Part shown: positions 34,368-45,296 of the stretch, in pieces
Numbering within the stretch: the first letter of the stretch is position 1
Layout: each line of letters opens with the position of its first letter
DNA from: Escherichia coli
Lineage (GTDB): Bacteria; Pseudomonadota; Gammaproteobacteria; Enterobacterales; Enterobacteriaceae
Assembly (NCBI RefSeq): GCF_044647545.1
Contig: NZ_CP172818.1
Length of the DNA: 64,000 nt
Direction: 5' to 3' (one strand)
The notes under the pieces: generated by a model
Databases searched by the model: none
Seen by the model: the letters and a program-made list of their open reading frames with translations, nothing else
Told to the model about the DNA's origin: nothing
Made by a program: the position numbers and the translations under genes

Positions 34368-36086
34368 TTACCTTAGCCAGTTCGTTTTCGCCAGTTCGAT
34401 CACTTCATCACCGCGTCCGCTGATGATTGCGCGCAACATATACAAGCTAAATCCTTTGGCCTGTTCAAGTTTGATCTGCGGTGGAATGGCTAACTCTTCT
34501 TTGGCTACTACCACATCCACCAACACCGGACCGTCGATGGAAAAGGCGCGTTGCAGGGCTTCATCGACTTCAGAGGCTTTTTCCACGCGAATACCCGTAA
34601 TTCCGCACGCTTCGGCAATGCGGGCAAAGTTGGTGTCGTGCAGCTCAGTACCGTCTGTCAGGTAGCCTCCGGCTTTCATCTCCATCGCCACAAAGCCCAG
34701 CACGCTGTTATTAAAGACGATAATTTTCACTGGCAATTTCATCTGCATTACTGAGAGGAAATCGCCCATCAACATACTGAAACCGCCATCGCCGCACATG
34801 GCGACCACCTGACGTTCCGGCTCGGTTGCCTGCGCACCCAGCGCCTGCGGCATGGCGTTAGCCATCGAACCGTGGTTAAACGAACCTAACAGACGACGCT
34901 TGCCGTTCATTTTCAGATAACGCGCTGCCCATACTGTCGGCGTACCAACGTCACAGGTGAAAATAGCGTCATCGGCGGCAAAATGACTAATTTGCTGCGC
35001 CAGATATTGCGGGTGAATGGCTTTCTCGCTCGGTTTAGCTAAATCGTCCAGCCCTTTGCGGGCATCGCGGTAATCTTCCAGCGCTTTATCCAGAAACTTG
35101 CGATCGGTTTTTTCTTCCACCAATGGCAGCAATGCACGCAGAGTCGACTTGATATCGCCGACCAGTGCCATATCTACCTTGCTGTGCGCACCAATGCTAG
35201 CTGGATTAATATCAATCTGAATAATTTTTGCATCGGTCGGGTAGAAAGCACGGTAGGGAAATTGCGTGCCGAGCAGCACTAACGTGTCGGCGTTCATCAT
35301 GGTATGGAAACCTGACGAGAAGCCGATTAATCCCGTCATTCCGACATCATACGGATTATCGTATTCGACATGTTCTTTACCGCGCAGGGCATGAACAATA
35401 GGCGCTTTAATTTTCCCGGCAAACTCAACTAACTCTTTATGCGCCCCCGCGCAGCCGCTGCCACACATCAGGGCGATATTGCTGGAATAACGCAGCAGTT
35501 GCGCCAGTTTGCGTAACTCTTCTTCTTCCGGCGTCACGACTGGTTGTGGCGCATGATACCAGTGCGTGGTTGCCCCTTCTGGCGCAGGTTTTAACGCCAC
35601 GTCGCCCGGTAACACGACAACGGAAACGCCACGGTTTAGCACCGCTTTGCGCATGGCAATCGCCAGCACTTGTGGGATTTGCTCCGGGCTGGAAACCAGC
35701 TCGCAATAGTGACTACATTCGCGGAATAACTCTTGTGGGTGGGTTTCCTGGAAATAGCCGCTGCCAATTTCGCTGGAGGGAATATGAGCGGCAATCGCCA
35801 GTACCGGAACGTGATTGCGGTGGCAATCGAACAGGCCGTTGATTAAGTGCAGGTTACCGGGACCGCACGATCCGGCACAGACCGCCAGTTCTCCGCTAAG
35901 TTGTGCTTCAGCGCCAGCGGCAAACGCCGCCACTTCTTCATGCCGGGTGGACATCCACTCGATGGTGCCCATGCGATTAAGACTGTCACTAAGACCGTTC
36001 AGAGAGTCGCCCGTGACTCCCCAGATGCGTTTCACTCCTGCCGATTCGAGTGTTTTGGCGATATAAGCTGCAACCGTTTGTTTCAT
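34368..36086 (-). CDS. poxB: Pyruvate oxidase (ubiquinone) PoxB, TPP/FAD enzyme
   Basis: 572 aa ([32 protein letters not shown]...). Confidence 0.95.
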   Translation of the reverse strand: MKQTVAAYIAKTLESAGVKRIWGVTGDSLNGLSDSLNRMGTIEWMSTRHEEVAAFAAGAEAQLSGELAVCAGSCGPGNLHLINGLFDCHRNHVPVLAIAAHIPSSEIGSGYFQETHPQELFRECSHYCELVSSPEQIPQVLAIAMRKAVLNRGVSVVVLPGDVALKPAPEGATTHWYHAPQPVVTPEEEELRKLAQLLRYSSNIALMCGSGCAGAHKELVEFAGKIKAPIVHALRGKEHVEYDNPYDVGMTGLIGFSSGFHTMMNADTLVLLGTQFPYRAFYPTDAKIIQIDINPASIGAHSKVDMALVGDIKSTLRALLPLVEEKTDRKFLDKALEDYRDARKGLDDLAKPSEKAIHPQYLAQQISHFAADDAIFTCDVGTPTVWAARYLKMNGKRRLLGSFNHGSMANAMPQALGAQATEPERQVVAMCGDGGFSMLMGDFLSVMQMKLPVKIIVFNNSVLGFVAMEMKAGGYLTDGTELHDTNFARIAEACGITGIRVEKASEVDEALQRAFSIDGPVLVDVVVAKEELAIPPQIKLEQAKGFSLYMLRAIISGRGDEVIELAKTNWLR

Positions 36087-36184
36087 GGTTCTCCATCTCC
36101 TGAATGTGATAACGGTAACAAGTTTAGTTCATCTGACGGAGGGGGAAGGGATGGGAGAAAAAGGAGGCACTAACGGTTAAATAG

Positions 36185-36209
36185 CCCGATGAAAGGAATA
36201 TCATCGGGC
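36185..36209 (-). terminator. Putative terminator downstream of hcp-hcr
   Basis: Inverted repeat gcccgatga / tcatcgggc with 7-nt loop between hcr stop and poxB start. Confidence 0.45.
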
Positions 36210-36218
36210 ATAAGGCGA

Positions 36219-37187
36219 TTATGCGAGAACCAAATCCCCCTGCGGATGGCAGGAGCAGGCCAGTACGTAACCTTCAGCGATTTCGGCGTCGGTCAGCGTC
36301 ATTGTGCTGCTCACCGTATATTCACCGGAAACCACTTTCGTCTTACAGCAGCCGCAAACACCTGCGCGGCAGGCGGCGACAACCGGAACGTTATTGCTTT
36401 CCAGCGCCTCCAGTAGCGTGGTGCCAACCGGGGCGTAAAATTCTCGTGCCGGTTGCAGTTTGGTGAATTTCAGACCGCTGGTCGCCGCTTCCGCTACTGG
36501 GGTGAAGAATTTCTCTTTAAAGAAACGCGTCACGCCGAGCGCTTTCACTTCCTGCTCTACCCAATCCATATATGGAGCAGGGCCACAGGTCATCACGGTA
36601 CGTGAGGCTAAATCAGGGACACCTGCCAGCAGTTCGCGAGTGAGACGACCAGCGATAAAGCCTTCGGTAACGTTATTTTCCGCCACCAGCGTTACCGGAT
36701 AGTTACGCCACTCATCGGCGAAAATCACATCCTGCGGCGTACGCACGTTGTAGATCACCTGCACATCGGCCTGTGGACGGTTCTTCGCCAGCCAGCGACG
36801 CATCGACATAATCGGCGTAACGCCGCAGCCTGCCGCCAGCAACAGGAATTTATCTTCTGCTTTATCGTCGCAGGTAAATTCCCCCATCGCGTCCGAAAGC
36901 CAGAGATAATCACCGCGTTTTACATCGCGCGTCAGCCACCGGGAGCCGACACCGTCATCAATCCGCCGCACAGTCAGGGTGATGTATTCACTCACGCCTG
37001 GCGTGGAGGAAATGGTGTAAGCACGCAGCGTTTCCGCTGAGTTACGCACGCTGACCAGTGCATATTGCCCGGCGCGATATGGGTAGTAATCGTGGCAAAT
37101 CAGGGAAATCGTCCACACATCCGGCGTTTCTTGCGTAATGTGATGAACCTGCATCCGCCACGGGCATTGATTCGTTGGCATCGTCAT
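36219..37187 (-). CDS. hcr: NADH oxidoreductase Hcr (FAD/NAD-binding, 2Fe-2S)
   Basis: 322 aa from ATG 37187; C-terminal Cys cluster CRAGVCGCCK. Confidence 0.92.
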   Translation of the reverse strand: MTMPTNQCPWRMQVHHITQETPDVWTISLICHDYYPYRAGQYALVSVRNSAETLRAYTISSTPGVSEYITLTVRRIDDGVGSRWLTRDVKRGDYLWLSDAMGEFTCDDKAEDKFLLLAAGCGVTPIMSMRRWLAKNRPQADVQVIYNVRTPQDVIFADEWRNYPVTLVAENNVTEGFIAGRLTRELLAGVPDLASRTVMTCGPAPYMDWVEQEVKALGVTRFFKEKFFTPVAEAATSGLKFTKLQPAREFYAPVGTTLLEALESNNVPVVAACRAGVCGCCKTKVVSGEYTVSSTMTLTDAEIAEGYVLACSCHPQGDLVLA

Positions 37188-37198
37188 CGACAAACTCC

Positions 37199-38851
37199 TT
37201 ACGCGCTCAACAGTTGCTTCATGTCTTCTTCAACAGTGGTGATAGAACGCAGGCCGAATTTCTCGTTCAGCACCGCCAGCAGGTCTGGTGTCAGGAAACC
37301 AGGTGCAGTCGGGCCGGTGACGATATTTTTCACACCCAGAGAAAGCAGCGTCAGCAGAATGACAATCGCTTTCTGTTCAAACCAGGAGAGCACCAGCGAC
37401 AGCGGCAGATCGTTGACTCCGCAGCCCAGTTTCTCTGCCAGCGTTACCGCCAGAATAATTGCTGAGTAAGCATCGTTACACTGACCAGCATCTACCAGAC
37501 GCGGCAGACCTTCGATATCGCCAAACTCAAGTTTATTAAAGCGATATTTACCGCAAGCGAGGGTCAGGATCAGGCAGTCATCCGGCACGCTGGTGGCGAA
37601 ATCGGTGAAGTAGTGACGCTCGCCGCGTGCGCCGTCACAGCCGCCAAGCAGGAAGATATGACGCAGTTTTTCACGGCTCACCAGATCAATCAGCGTATCG
37701 GCTGCGCCAAGCAGTGTCTGGCGACCAAAGCCCACGGTGATCAGGTGCGGAATTTCGCTGTACGGGAAGCCCGCCATCTGTTGCGCCTGGGCGATGACCG
37801 CAGAGAAATCTTCGCCATCCAGATGACGCACACCCGGCCAGCCAACGATGCTGCGGGTCCAGATACGATCGTCATAAGCGCCTACGGTTGGGTCGATGAT
37901 GCAGTTCGAGGTCATCACGATGGGGCCAGGGAAACGAGCGAACTCCACTTGCTGATTCTGCCAGCCGCTGCCGTAGTTACCGACCAGATGCTTGAATTTA
38001 CGCAGCTCCGGGTAGCCATGCGCAGGCAGCATTTCACCGTGGGTGTAGACATTAACGCCCGTGCCTTCGGTCTGTTCCAGCAGGTTGTAGAGATCTTTGA
38101 GATCGTGACCGGAAATCAGAATGCATTTACCTGCCGTCGCTTTGACGTTGACCTGGGTTGGCGTCGGGTGACCGTATTTACTGGTTTCGCCTGCATCCAG
38201 AATGCTCATCACTTTGAAGTTCATCTGGCCGATTTCCATTGAACACTCAAGAAGCGCGTTCATATCGGCAGGCCAGGTCCCCAGCCACGCCATGATTTTA
38301 TGGTACTGGGCATAAATATCGTTGTCGTATTGACCGAGAACATGCGCGTGTTCCATATAGGCCGCCGCACCTTTCAGGCCATACAGGCACAGCAGACGCA
38401 GGCCGAGAATGTTTTCGCCAATCGCCGCTTTATCTTTGTTAGGGGTAAATTCTGCTGCCTGACGTTGCAGCTCGCCGAGATCGTCGCTCACCAGTTGCAG
38501 GTCAGCCATCGGGTTATCGACGTGCGCGTTGGCATCTACAGCCAGGCATTGTGCTTTCAGCGCCTCGCGCAGGACAATCGCTTCACGAGCGTAGCCGACA
38601 ATTCGCGGAGAATCGAAGTTAACGTTGGTCAGGGTTGAGAAAAAGGCACGTGGCGCAAAGCTGTCTACATCGTGGTTGATGATGCCGTATTCACGTGCTT
38701 TCACTGCCCAGGCCGAAAGCCCTTGCAGCGTCGCGATGAGTAAATCCTGAAGGTCAGAGGTTTCCGCCGTTTTACCACACATCCCCTGCGCGTATGAGCA
38801 GCCGTTTCCTGCCGGAGTACGGATAGTTTGTTCACATTGCACACAAAACAT
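37199..38851 (-). CDS. hcp: Hybrid-cluster protein (hydroxylamine reductase) Hcp
   Basis: 550 aa from ATG 38851 ([20 protein letters not shown]...), N-terminal Cys motif. Confidence 0.93.
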   Translation of the reverse strand: MFCVQCEQTIRTPAGNGCSYAQGMCGKTAETSDLQDLLIATLQGLSAWAVKAREYGIINHDVDSFAPRAFFSTLTNVNFDSPRIVGYAREAIVLREALKAQCLAVDANAHVDNPMADLQLVSDDLGELQRQAAEFTPNKDKAAIGENILGLRLLCLYGLKGAAAYMEHAHVLGQYDNDIYAQYHKIMAWLGTWPADMNALLECSMEIGQMNFKVMSILDAGETSKYGHPTPTQVNVKATAGKCILISGHDLKDLYNLLEQTEGTGVNVYTHGEMLPAHGYPELRKFKHLVGNYGSGWQNQQVEFARFPGPIVMTSNCIIDPTVGAYDDRIWTRSIVGWPGVRHLDGEDFSAVIAQAQQMAGFPYSEIPHLITVGFGRQTLLGAADTLIDLVSREKLRHIFLLGGCDGARGERHYFTDFATSVPDDCLILTLACGKYRFNKLEFGDIEGLPRLVDAGQCNDAYSAIILAVTLAEKLGCGVNDLPLSLVLSWFEQKAIVILLTLLSLGVKNIVTGPTAPGFLTPDLLAVLNEKFGLRSITTVEEDMKQLLSA

Positions 38852-38946
38852 GATCACACCTTTAAAGTTATATTTAATATGCATGTTTAAGGTTAAGACG
38901 CTTAACGCGGGGATAAAAGGGATTTTTCATGCAACTTTAAGGGAGA

Positions 38947-38960
38947 TTGATTTAGCGCAA
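38947..38960 (-). promoter_or_regulatory. Candidate FNR box upstream of hcp
   Basis: Minus-strand TTGCGCTAAATCAA resembles FNR consensus TTGAT-N4-ATCAA, about 100 bp upstream of hcp start; hcp is known to be anaerobically induced. Confidence 0.5.
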
Positions 38961-38993
38961 TTTTGGCGGCAGGGATCTACCGCCAGAGAGGTA

Positions 38994-39893
38994 TTATGCA
39001 GAGAAAAAGGCGATGAGAATCGGCACTAACAGACTAAGAATAAAACCGTGAACAATCGCCGCCGGGACCATATCCAGCCCGCCAGTACGTTGAAGAACGG
39101 GCAGGGTGAAATCCATCGATGTGGCACCGCATAAGCCCAGTGCAGTAGAGCGGCTGCGGCGAATCAGCCCAGGGATCAACATAATAGCAATCAGCTCACG
39201 GGCCAGATCATTAAAAAACGCCGCGCTCCCGATTACCGGACCAAAAGATTCGGTCAATAAAATACCGGAAAGAGAATACCAGCCGAAACCGGAGGCCATT
39301 GCCAGCGCGGTATTGATGGGAAGATCAAGAATAAAGGCGTTAATTAAACCACCAATTAATGAACTGGCAACCACCACCACGGCGACAATCATTCCCCGGC
39401 GATTAAGGACAATCTGCTTTAAGGTCATGCCATTATTGCGCAACTGAATACCGACGAGGAAAAGTAGCAGAATTAAGGTGTATTCACTGGCTTCGGTCGC
39501 GTGTTGTAAGAAAGCCAGTCCACTCAGGCCAATGGCAAAACCAATCACTACTACGCCGCACAGTTTTAGCGACTCCAGCGCCATCGCAATACGCGATGGG
39601 AGTTTTTCTTGCTGGTGGTAGTTGCGCCACGGCAGACCGCGCTCCAGCCACATCAGGGCGGCAATATTACACAGTAAAATAACGGTAATACTGACAGCAG
39701 AATAATGCAGAATCGCCAACAGGTTACTGGCGAGGTTATCGAGAAACGCCAGACTGATACCCATAAAAAAGAGAATGAGGTAAACCATCCAACTTAATAG
39801 CTGATTAATAACTTTTAATGCAGCTTTTTGGCGAAGCGGAATGAGGTAACCCAAAATCAGGGGAACCAGAATGATTAACAGCCCAGAAAACAT
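38994..39893 (-). CDS. lysO: Lysine exporter LysO (YbjE)
   Basis: 299 aa from ATG 39893 (MFSGLLIILVPL...), multi-TM. Confidence 0.88.
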   Translation of the reverse strand: MFSGLLIILVPLILGYLIPLRQKAALKVINQLLSWMVYLILFFMGISLAFLDNLASNLLAILHYSAVSITVILLCNIAALMWLERGLPWRNYHQQEKLPSRIAMALESLKLCGVVVIGFAIGLSGLAFLQHATEASEYTLILLLFLVGIQLRNNGMTLKQIVLNRRGMIVAVVVVASSLIGGLINAFILDLPINTALAMASGFGWYSLSGILLTESFGPVIGSAAFFNDLARELIAIMLIPGLIRRSRSTALGLCGATSMDFTLPVLQRTGGLDMVPAAIVHGFILSLLVPILIAFFSA

Positions 39894-40297
39894 GAAAACC
39901 CAGTCCTTGCAAAGATGAAGTCGAAATGCGCGATGACACACTACTGAAAGCGGAAGGACGAGTAAAGTTGCAATTAAAAGGAAATGTTATGCATCAGGAG
40001 CAGGGGATTTTTATTATGTTGCATTGTTGTGGTCTCTTCCATGTGCATTAAGCCACTGGCGAGGAGCGCAAATCGCCGATCGTTTCCTGTAGGCCGGGGC
40101 AGCCCACATAATGTGGGCTGAGGGCGCGTTTTACAGGGATCAAACTTACCGGTCGCGCGAGAAGTCCAACTTCAGCCCGAGGTTCATGTGGCTTCCTGGC
40201 CTTCGGGAACCGCTTCAGCGTATTGACGCCACCAAGACCCGTGGTTCGGTAACGTCGAAGATAAAACAACCAGGGCAGATAAAGTGCCAATGCTTAA

Positions 40298-40993
40298 TTA
40301 ATTACGTTTTTCCAGTAGAGTCCGGTAAATCAGACCACCGATAATACCGCCGACAATTGGCACCACCCAGAAGAACCACAATTGTTCTAACGCCCAGCCG
40401 CCCTGGAAGATAGCAACCGCGGTGCTGCGCGCCGGGTTAACAGAAGTGTTAGTCACCGGAATACTGATTAAGTGAATCAGGGTTAAGGCCAGACCAATAG
40501 CGATCGGCGCAAAACCTGCCGGAGCGAATTTGTCGGTTGCGCCGTGGATCACCAGCAGGAAACCTGCACTCAATACCAGTTCAACTACCAGCGCGGAAAG
40601 CATGGAATAACCGCCTGGCGAATGCTCGCCATAACCGTTAGAAGCAAAACCGCTGGCTGCCGCGTCAAAACCTGTTTTACCACTGGCAATTAAATACAGC
40701 AGCGCCGCCGCAACAATACCGCCGACAACCTGGGCAATTACGTAGCCAACGACTTCTTTTGCCGGAAAACGTCCGCCAGCCCATAAACCAATAGTGACCG
40801 CCGGGTTAAAATGACCACCAGAAATATGACCAACAGCGAAGGCCATCGTCAGAACGGTCAGACCGAATGCCAGCGCCACGCCGGCAAAACCAATGCCTAA
40901 TTCCGGGAAGCCTGCGGCCAGTACGGCACTACCACAGCCACCAAAAACAAGCCAGAAAGTACCAAAACATTCAGCTGCTAATTTTCTGAACAT
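40298..40993 (-). CDS. aqpZ: Aquaporin Z
   Basis: 231 aa from ATG 40993; two NPA motifs (HFNPAV, SVNPAR). Confidence 0.95.
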   Translation of the reverse strand: MFRKLAAECFGTFWLVFGGCGSAVLAAGFPELGIGFAGVALAFGLTVLTMAFAVGHISGGHFNPAVTIGLWAGGRFPAKEVVGYVIAQVVGGIVAAALLYLIASGKTGFDAAASGFASNGYGEHSPGGYSMLSALVVELVLSAGFLLVIHGATDKFAPAGFAPIAIGLALTLIHLISIPVTNTSVNPARSTAVAIFQGGWALEQLWFFWVVPIVGGIIGGLIYRTLLEKRN

Positions 40994-41418
40994 ATCCACC
41001 TCAATTAAAAATTGACCCTGTGAAAAATATGGTCGTTTTATAGGGTCGTCGTAAAAAAGTGACGACGGAAATAATGCGCGGCTATTTTAAAAACGAAGGC
41101 GAGTCATTCACCAGATAAATAAATCCAGTAAATTTGATTTAGGGCAACAGCGGGTTGCCCCATATAGTCATTTGTCTGATTGACAGTGTAGTGCAAGCAA
41201 AAGATTTAATCCTTTAGGCGTAATAAAAAATAATTTATCATGCTAATTATTTGATTTTGTTGTTTTTGCAGGCTTATCAGCAAGAGGGAGTATAACGCGA
41301 TTATTCGCTCATTTTTCAGACATTTGCCATGCTTAAATGTGATGTCATCACGTATTAGCAAGGCCTTTCCCGTTATACTGCCAGCGTAAAGGATAAGTCA
41401 CATATTTCTGGAGGGGAT

Positions 41419-43077
41419 ATGATTCTTGAGCGCGTTGAAATTGTGGGTTTTCGCGGTATCAACCGTTTGTCGTTGATGCTGGAACAAAACAACGTCCTGA
41501 TTGGGGAGAACGCGTGGGGTAAATCCAGCTTGCTGGACGCCTTAACCCTGCTGCTATCGCCAGAATCAGATCTCTACCATTTTGAGCGCGACGATTTCTG
41601 GTTCCCGCCGGGAGATATCAACGGGCGAGAACATCATCTGCATATTATTTTGACCTTCCGCGAATCGCTGCCAGGCCGACATCGGGTTCGCCGCTATCGA
41701 CCGCTGGAAGCGTGCTGGACGCCATGCACCGATGGCTATCACCGTATTTTTTATCGTCTGGAAGGGGAGAGTGCGGAAGACGGCAGCGTGATGACACTCC
41801 GCAGTTTTCTCGATAAAGACGGACATCCGATTGATGTCGAGGATATTAACGATCAGGCACGCCATCTGGTGCGTTTAATGCCGGTGCTGCGCTTGCGTGA
41901 TGCCCGTTTTATGCGCCGTATTCGTAACGGCACGGTGCCAAATGTCCCTAATGTGGAAGTCACCGCGCGCCAGCTCGATTTCCTCGCCCGTGAGTTATCC
42001 TCACATCCGCAAAATCTCTCTGATGGGCAGATTCGTCAGGGACTTTCCGCAATGGTACAGCTGCTTGAGCATTATTTCTCTGAGCAGGGGGCCGGACAGG
42101 CGCGATATCGTTTAATGCGGCGGCGAGCCAGCAATGAGCAACGAAGTTGGCGCTATCTGGATATCATCAACCGGATGATTGACCGACCTGGAGGGCGCTC
42201 GTATCGGGTTATTTTGCTCGGCCTGTTTGCTACTTTGTTGCAGGCAAAAGGCACATTGCGACTGGATAAAGACGCCCGTCCATTGTTGCTGATCGAAGAT
42301 CCAGAAACCCGTTTACACCCCATTATGCTTTCAGTTGCCTGGCATCTGTTGAATCTTCTGCCATTGCAGCGCATTGCCACCACCAACTCTGGCGAGCTGC
42401 TTTCGTTAACGCCGGTAGAGCATGTTTGCCGACTGGTACGTGAGTCCTCGCGCGTTGCCGCCTGGCGTCTGGGGCCGAGTGGTTTGAGTACCGAAGATAG
42501 CCGACGCATATCCTTTCACATTCGTTTTAACCGTCCGTCATCGCTGTTTGCACGCTGCTGGCTGCTGGTGGAAGGGGAAACGGAAACCTGGGTTATCAAT
42601 GAACTGGCGCGTCAGTGCGGACATCATTTTGATGCTGAAGGGATCAAGGTCATTGAGTTTGCCCAGTCCGGGCTAAAGCCACTGGTTAAATTTGCCCGGC
42701 GAATGGGGATTGAATGGCATGTACTGGTCGATGGCGATGAAGCAGGGAAGAAATATGCCGCTACGGTACGCAGCCTGTTGAATAACGATCGGGAAGCCGA
42801 ACGAGAACATTTAACGGCGTTACCGGCGCTGGATATGGAACATTTTATGTATCGCCAGGGATTTTCCGATGTGTTCCACCGCGTGGCGCAAATCCCGGAA
42901 AATGTACCGATGAATCTGCGCAAAATTATCTCGAAAGCGATCCATCGCTCTTCCAAACCCGATCTTGCCATTGAAGTGGCAATGGAGGCCGGACGTCGTG
43001 GTGTGGACTCCGTACCGACGCTGCTGAAAAAAATGTTCTCACGCGTGCTGTGGCTGGCGCGCGGTCGCGCGGATTAA
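41419..43077 (+). CDS. ybjD: OLD-family ATPase/TOPRIM nuclease homologue YbjD
   Basis: 552 aa; N-terminal Walker A (GENAWGKSS), C-terminal TOPRIM-like acidic motifs (LLVEGETE, LVDGDEAG). Confidence 0.88.
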   Translation: MILERVEIVGFRGINRLSLMLEQNNVLIGENAWGKSSLLDALTLLLSPESDLYHFERDDFWFPPGDINGREHHLHIILTFRESLPGRHRVRRYRPLEACWTPCTDGYHRIFYRLEGESAEDGSVMTLRSFLDKDGHPIDVEDINDQARHLVRLMPVLRLRDARFMRRIRNGTVPNVPNVEVTARQLDFLARELSSHPQNLSDGQIRQGLSAMVQLLEHYFSEQGAGQARYRLMRRRASNEQRSWRYLDIINRMIDRPGGRSYRVILLGLFATLLQAKGTLRLDKDARPLLLIEDPETRLHPIMLSVAWHLLNLLPLQRIATTNSGELLSLTPVEHVCRLVRESSRVAAWRLGPSGLSTEDSRRISFHIRFNRPSSLFARCWLLVEGETETWVINELARQCGHHFDAEGIKVIEFAQSGLKPLVKFARRMGIEWHVLVDGDEAGKKYAATVRSLLNNDREAEREHLTALPALDMEHFMYRQGFSDVFHRVAQIPENVPMNLRKIISKAIHRSSKPDLAIEVAMEAGRRGVDSVPTLLKKMFSRVLWLARGRAD

Positions 43078-44066
43078 CCGCGAAACATCGTGGCCATTTG
43101 TGGCTGAATAGCGTCGAGCATCTCATAGCGCCGACGGTATTCAGCCCGTTTTTTACTGGCGATTTCGGCAATCTCTTTTCGTGCTATCTGTGCTGGAAGG
43201 CGGTAATGGCGTTCAGCATCACATACGCCGCCAACCGACTCCCAGAACGCGTTGTAATCGGCATGGATCTTGCCTTCTTTATCACGATAACGCAGGCTGC
43301 GGTAAATATGCGTTTCATTGCTGACGGCAATAATCTGCTCTACCTGCAAACGTTGGGCAAACAGACAGGCCGCTTCCATCACGAGGCGTTTGGGAAATAG
43401 CCCGTGGCAGGCTTTCGTCGCATTCTGGATTTCCTGGTGTGGAATTTCCCATTTTGCGCCTTGCAGTCCGCCAATAAACATCGTCCTTTTCCCCTGATAT
43501 TCACACAGGGTAAACGTGAGCTCTGCCAGAGGAATACCTTCGCTGTTGCGGAACAGGATGGTGCTGTCACCTTCTTTATCCATTGAGATCATCATGGTCA
43601 GCTCAAGCGTGAACTGCTCGCCGTTTTTGCCTTCCAGCTTCGCCAGTTGCAGCCCGGGGGTATTCAAATATAAGCTGAATTCTTCCGCCGACATACACCC
43701 GCGGAGTAACGCATAATGGTAACGTAACGCCTCCAGCAATTGCTTACGGCTAAGATTCGCCGCAAGGTAAGGGCGATGTAGACGTACAGGCAGTCGCGGC
43801 TGGCGCGTTAACAACACATTGAGATTAGGCCAGTGGGAAAGTTCGTTCATCCACTCAACGCTTAAACGCGGCATAATCAACGAGCGCAGCAAAAATTTCT
43901 GGCGAAAACTACGGCGATGCCAGAATTTACCCGGCCGACACTGTCCACGTGCCAGACTAAGAAAAAGTGACAGGCTGCTGAGAGATTCAGATGGCGTAAA
44001 GGTCCGTTCAGTTAGCTGCGACATATTCATGAAATCAATGATTATACATGACGTCGATTTCACCAT
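43074..44066 (-). CDS. ybjX: VirK/DUF535-family protein YbjX
   Basis: 330 aa; convergent 4-bp overlap with ybjD. Confidence 0.85.
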   Translation of the reverse strand: MVKSTSCIIIDFMNMSQLTERTFTPSESLSSLSLFLSLARGQCRPGKFWHRRSFRQKFLLRSLIMPRLSVEWMNELSHWPNLNVLLTRQPRLPVRLHRPYLAANLSRKQLLEALRYHYALLRGCMSAEEFSLYLNTPGLQLAKLEGKNGEQFTLELTMMISMDKEGDSTILFRNSEGIPLAELTFTLCEYQGKRTMFIGGLQGAKWEIPHQEIQNATKACHGLFPKRLVMEAACLFAQRLQVEQIIAVSNETHIYRSLRYRDKEGKIHADYNAFWESVGGVCDAERHYRLPAQIARKEIAEIASKKRAEYRRRYEMLDAIQPQMATMFRG

Positions 44067-44180
44067 TGCGTATCTTAACCAAACATCAATAGTGTGATTA
44101 CTAACGTAAATTTTAGGGTTTTGTTGATATTTCGTTGAAGTTAATGACCCGGATTGGCATATGGAGTATTCAGAATATTT

Positions 44181-45296
44181 ATGAAAAAGCGGAAAACCGT
44201 GAAGAAGCGTTACGTTATTGCGCTGGTGATAGTCATCGCCGGACTGATTACGTTATGGAGAATTCTTAACGCACCCGTTCCGACTTATCAGACGCTGATT
44301 GTGCGCCCCGGTGATTTACAGCAAAGCGTGCTGGCGACCGGAAAGCTGGACGCGCTGCGTAAGGTTGACGTGGGCGCGCAGGTCAGCGGTCAGTTGAAAA
44401 CGCTGTCGGTGGCGATTGGCGATAAAGTAAAAAAAGACCAGCTTTTAGGGGTTATTGATCCTGAACAGGCTGAAAACCAGATCAAGGAGGTGGAAGCAAC
44501 GCTGATGGAGCTACGCGCGCAGCGGCAGCAGGCGGAAGCGGAGCTGAAACTGGCGCGGGTGACGTATTCCCGTCAGCAACGTCTTGCACAAACGCAAGCG
44601 GTTTCACAGCAGGATCTCGATACCGCCGCGACGGAGATGGCTGTGAAACAGGCGCAAATTGGCACCATTGACGCGCAAATCAAGCGCAATCAGGCCTCAC
44701 TCGATACGGCTAAAACCAATCTCGATTACACCCGCATCGTTGCCCCGATGGCCGGGGAAGTCACGCAAATCACCACTCTGCAAGGCCAGACGGTGATTGC
44801 CGCACAACAAGCACCGAACATTCTGACGCTGGCAGATATGAGCACCATGCTGGTAAAAGCGCAGGTTTCTGAAGCGGATGTAATCCACCTGAAGCCGGGG
44901 CAAAAAGCCTGGTTTACGGTGCTTGGCGATCCGCTGACGCGCTATGAGGGGCAAATCAAGGATGTGCTACCGACGCCGGAAAAGGTTAACGACGCTATTT
45001 TCTATTACGCCCGTTTTGAAGTCCCCAACCCCAATGGTTTGCTGCGGCTGGATATGACCGCGCAAGTGCATATTCAGCTCACCGATGTGAAAAATGTGCT
45101 GACGATCCCTCTGTCGGCGTTAGGCGATCCGGTTGGCGATAATCGTTATAAAGTCAAATTGTTGCGTAATGGTGAAACACGCGAGCGTGAAGTGACGATT
45201 GGCGCACGTAACGATACCGATGTTGAGATTGTCAAAGGGCTGGAAGCTGGCGATGAAGTGGTGATTGGTGAGGCCAAACCAGGAGCTGCGCAATGA
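44181..45296 (+). CDS. macA: Macrolide efflux membrane fusion protein MacA
   Basis: 371 aa from ATG 44181 ([16 protein letters not shown]...), coiled-coil periplasmic adaptor. Confidence 0.92.
   Translation: MKKRKTVKKRYVIALVIVIAGLITLWRILNAPVPTYQTLIVRPGDLQQSVLATGKLDALRKVDVGAQVSGQLKTLSVAIGDKVKKDQLLGVIDPEQAENQIKEVEATLMELRAQRQQAEAELKLARVTYSRQQRLAQTQAVSQQDLDTAATEMAVKQAQIGTIDAQIKRNQASLDTAKTNLDYTRIVAPMAGEVTQITTLQGQTVIAAQQAPNILTLADMSTMLVKAQVSEADVIHLKPGQKAWFTVLGDPLTRYEGQIKDVLPTPEKVNDAIFYYARFEVPNPNGLLRLDMTAQVHIQLTDVKNVLTIPLSALGDPVGDNRYKVKLLRNGETREREVTIGARNDTDVEIVKGLEAGDEVVIGEAKPGAAQ

Noticed and set aside
37613-38638. Plus-strand ORFs 37613..38242 and 38300..38638 antisense to hcp
   Set aside because: Embedded in hcp on the opposite strand; His/Arg-rich composition typical of antisense frames in GC-rich genes.
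40048-40344. ORFs 40048..40290(-) and 40111..40344(+) in the lysO-aqpZ spacer
   Set aside because: No RBS, and the plus-strand ORF overlaps the aqpZ 3' end; treated as non-coding repeat-like sequence.
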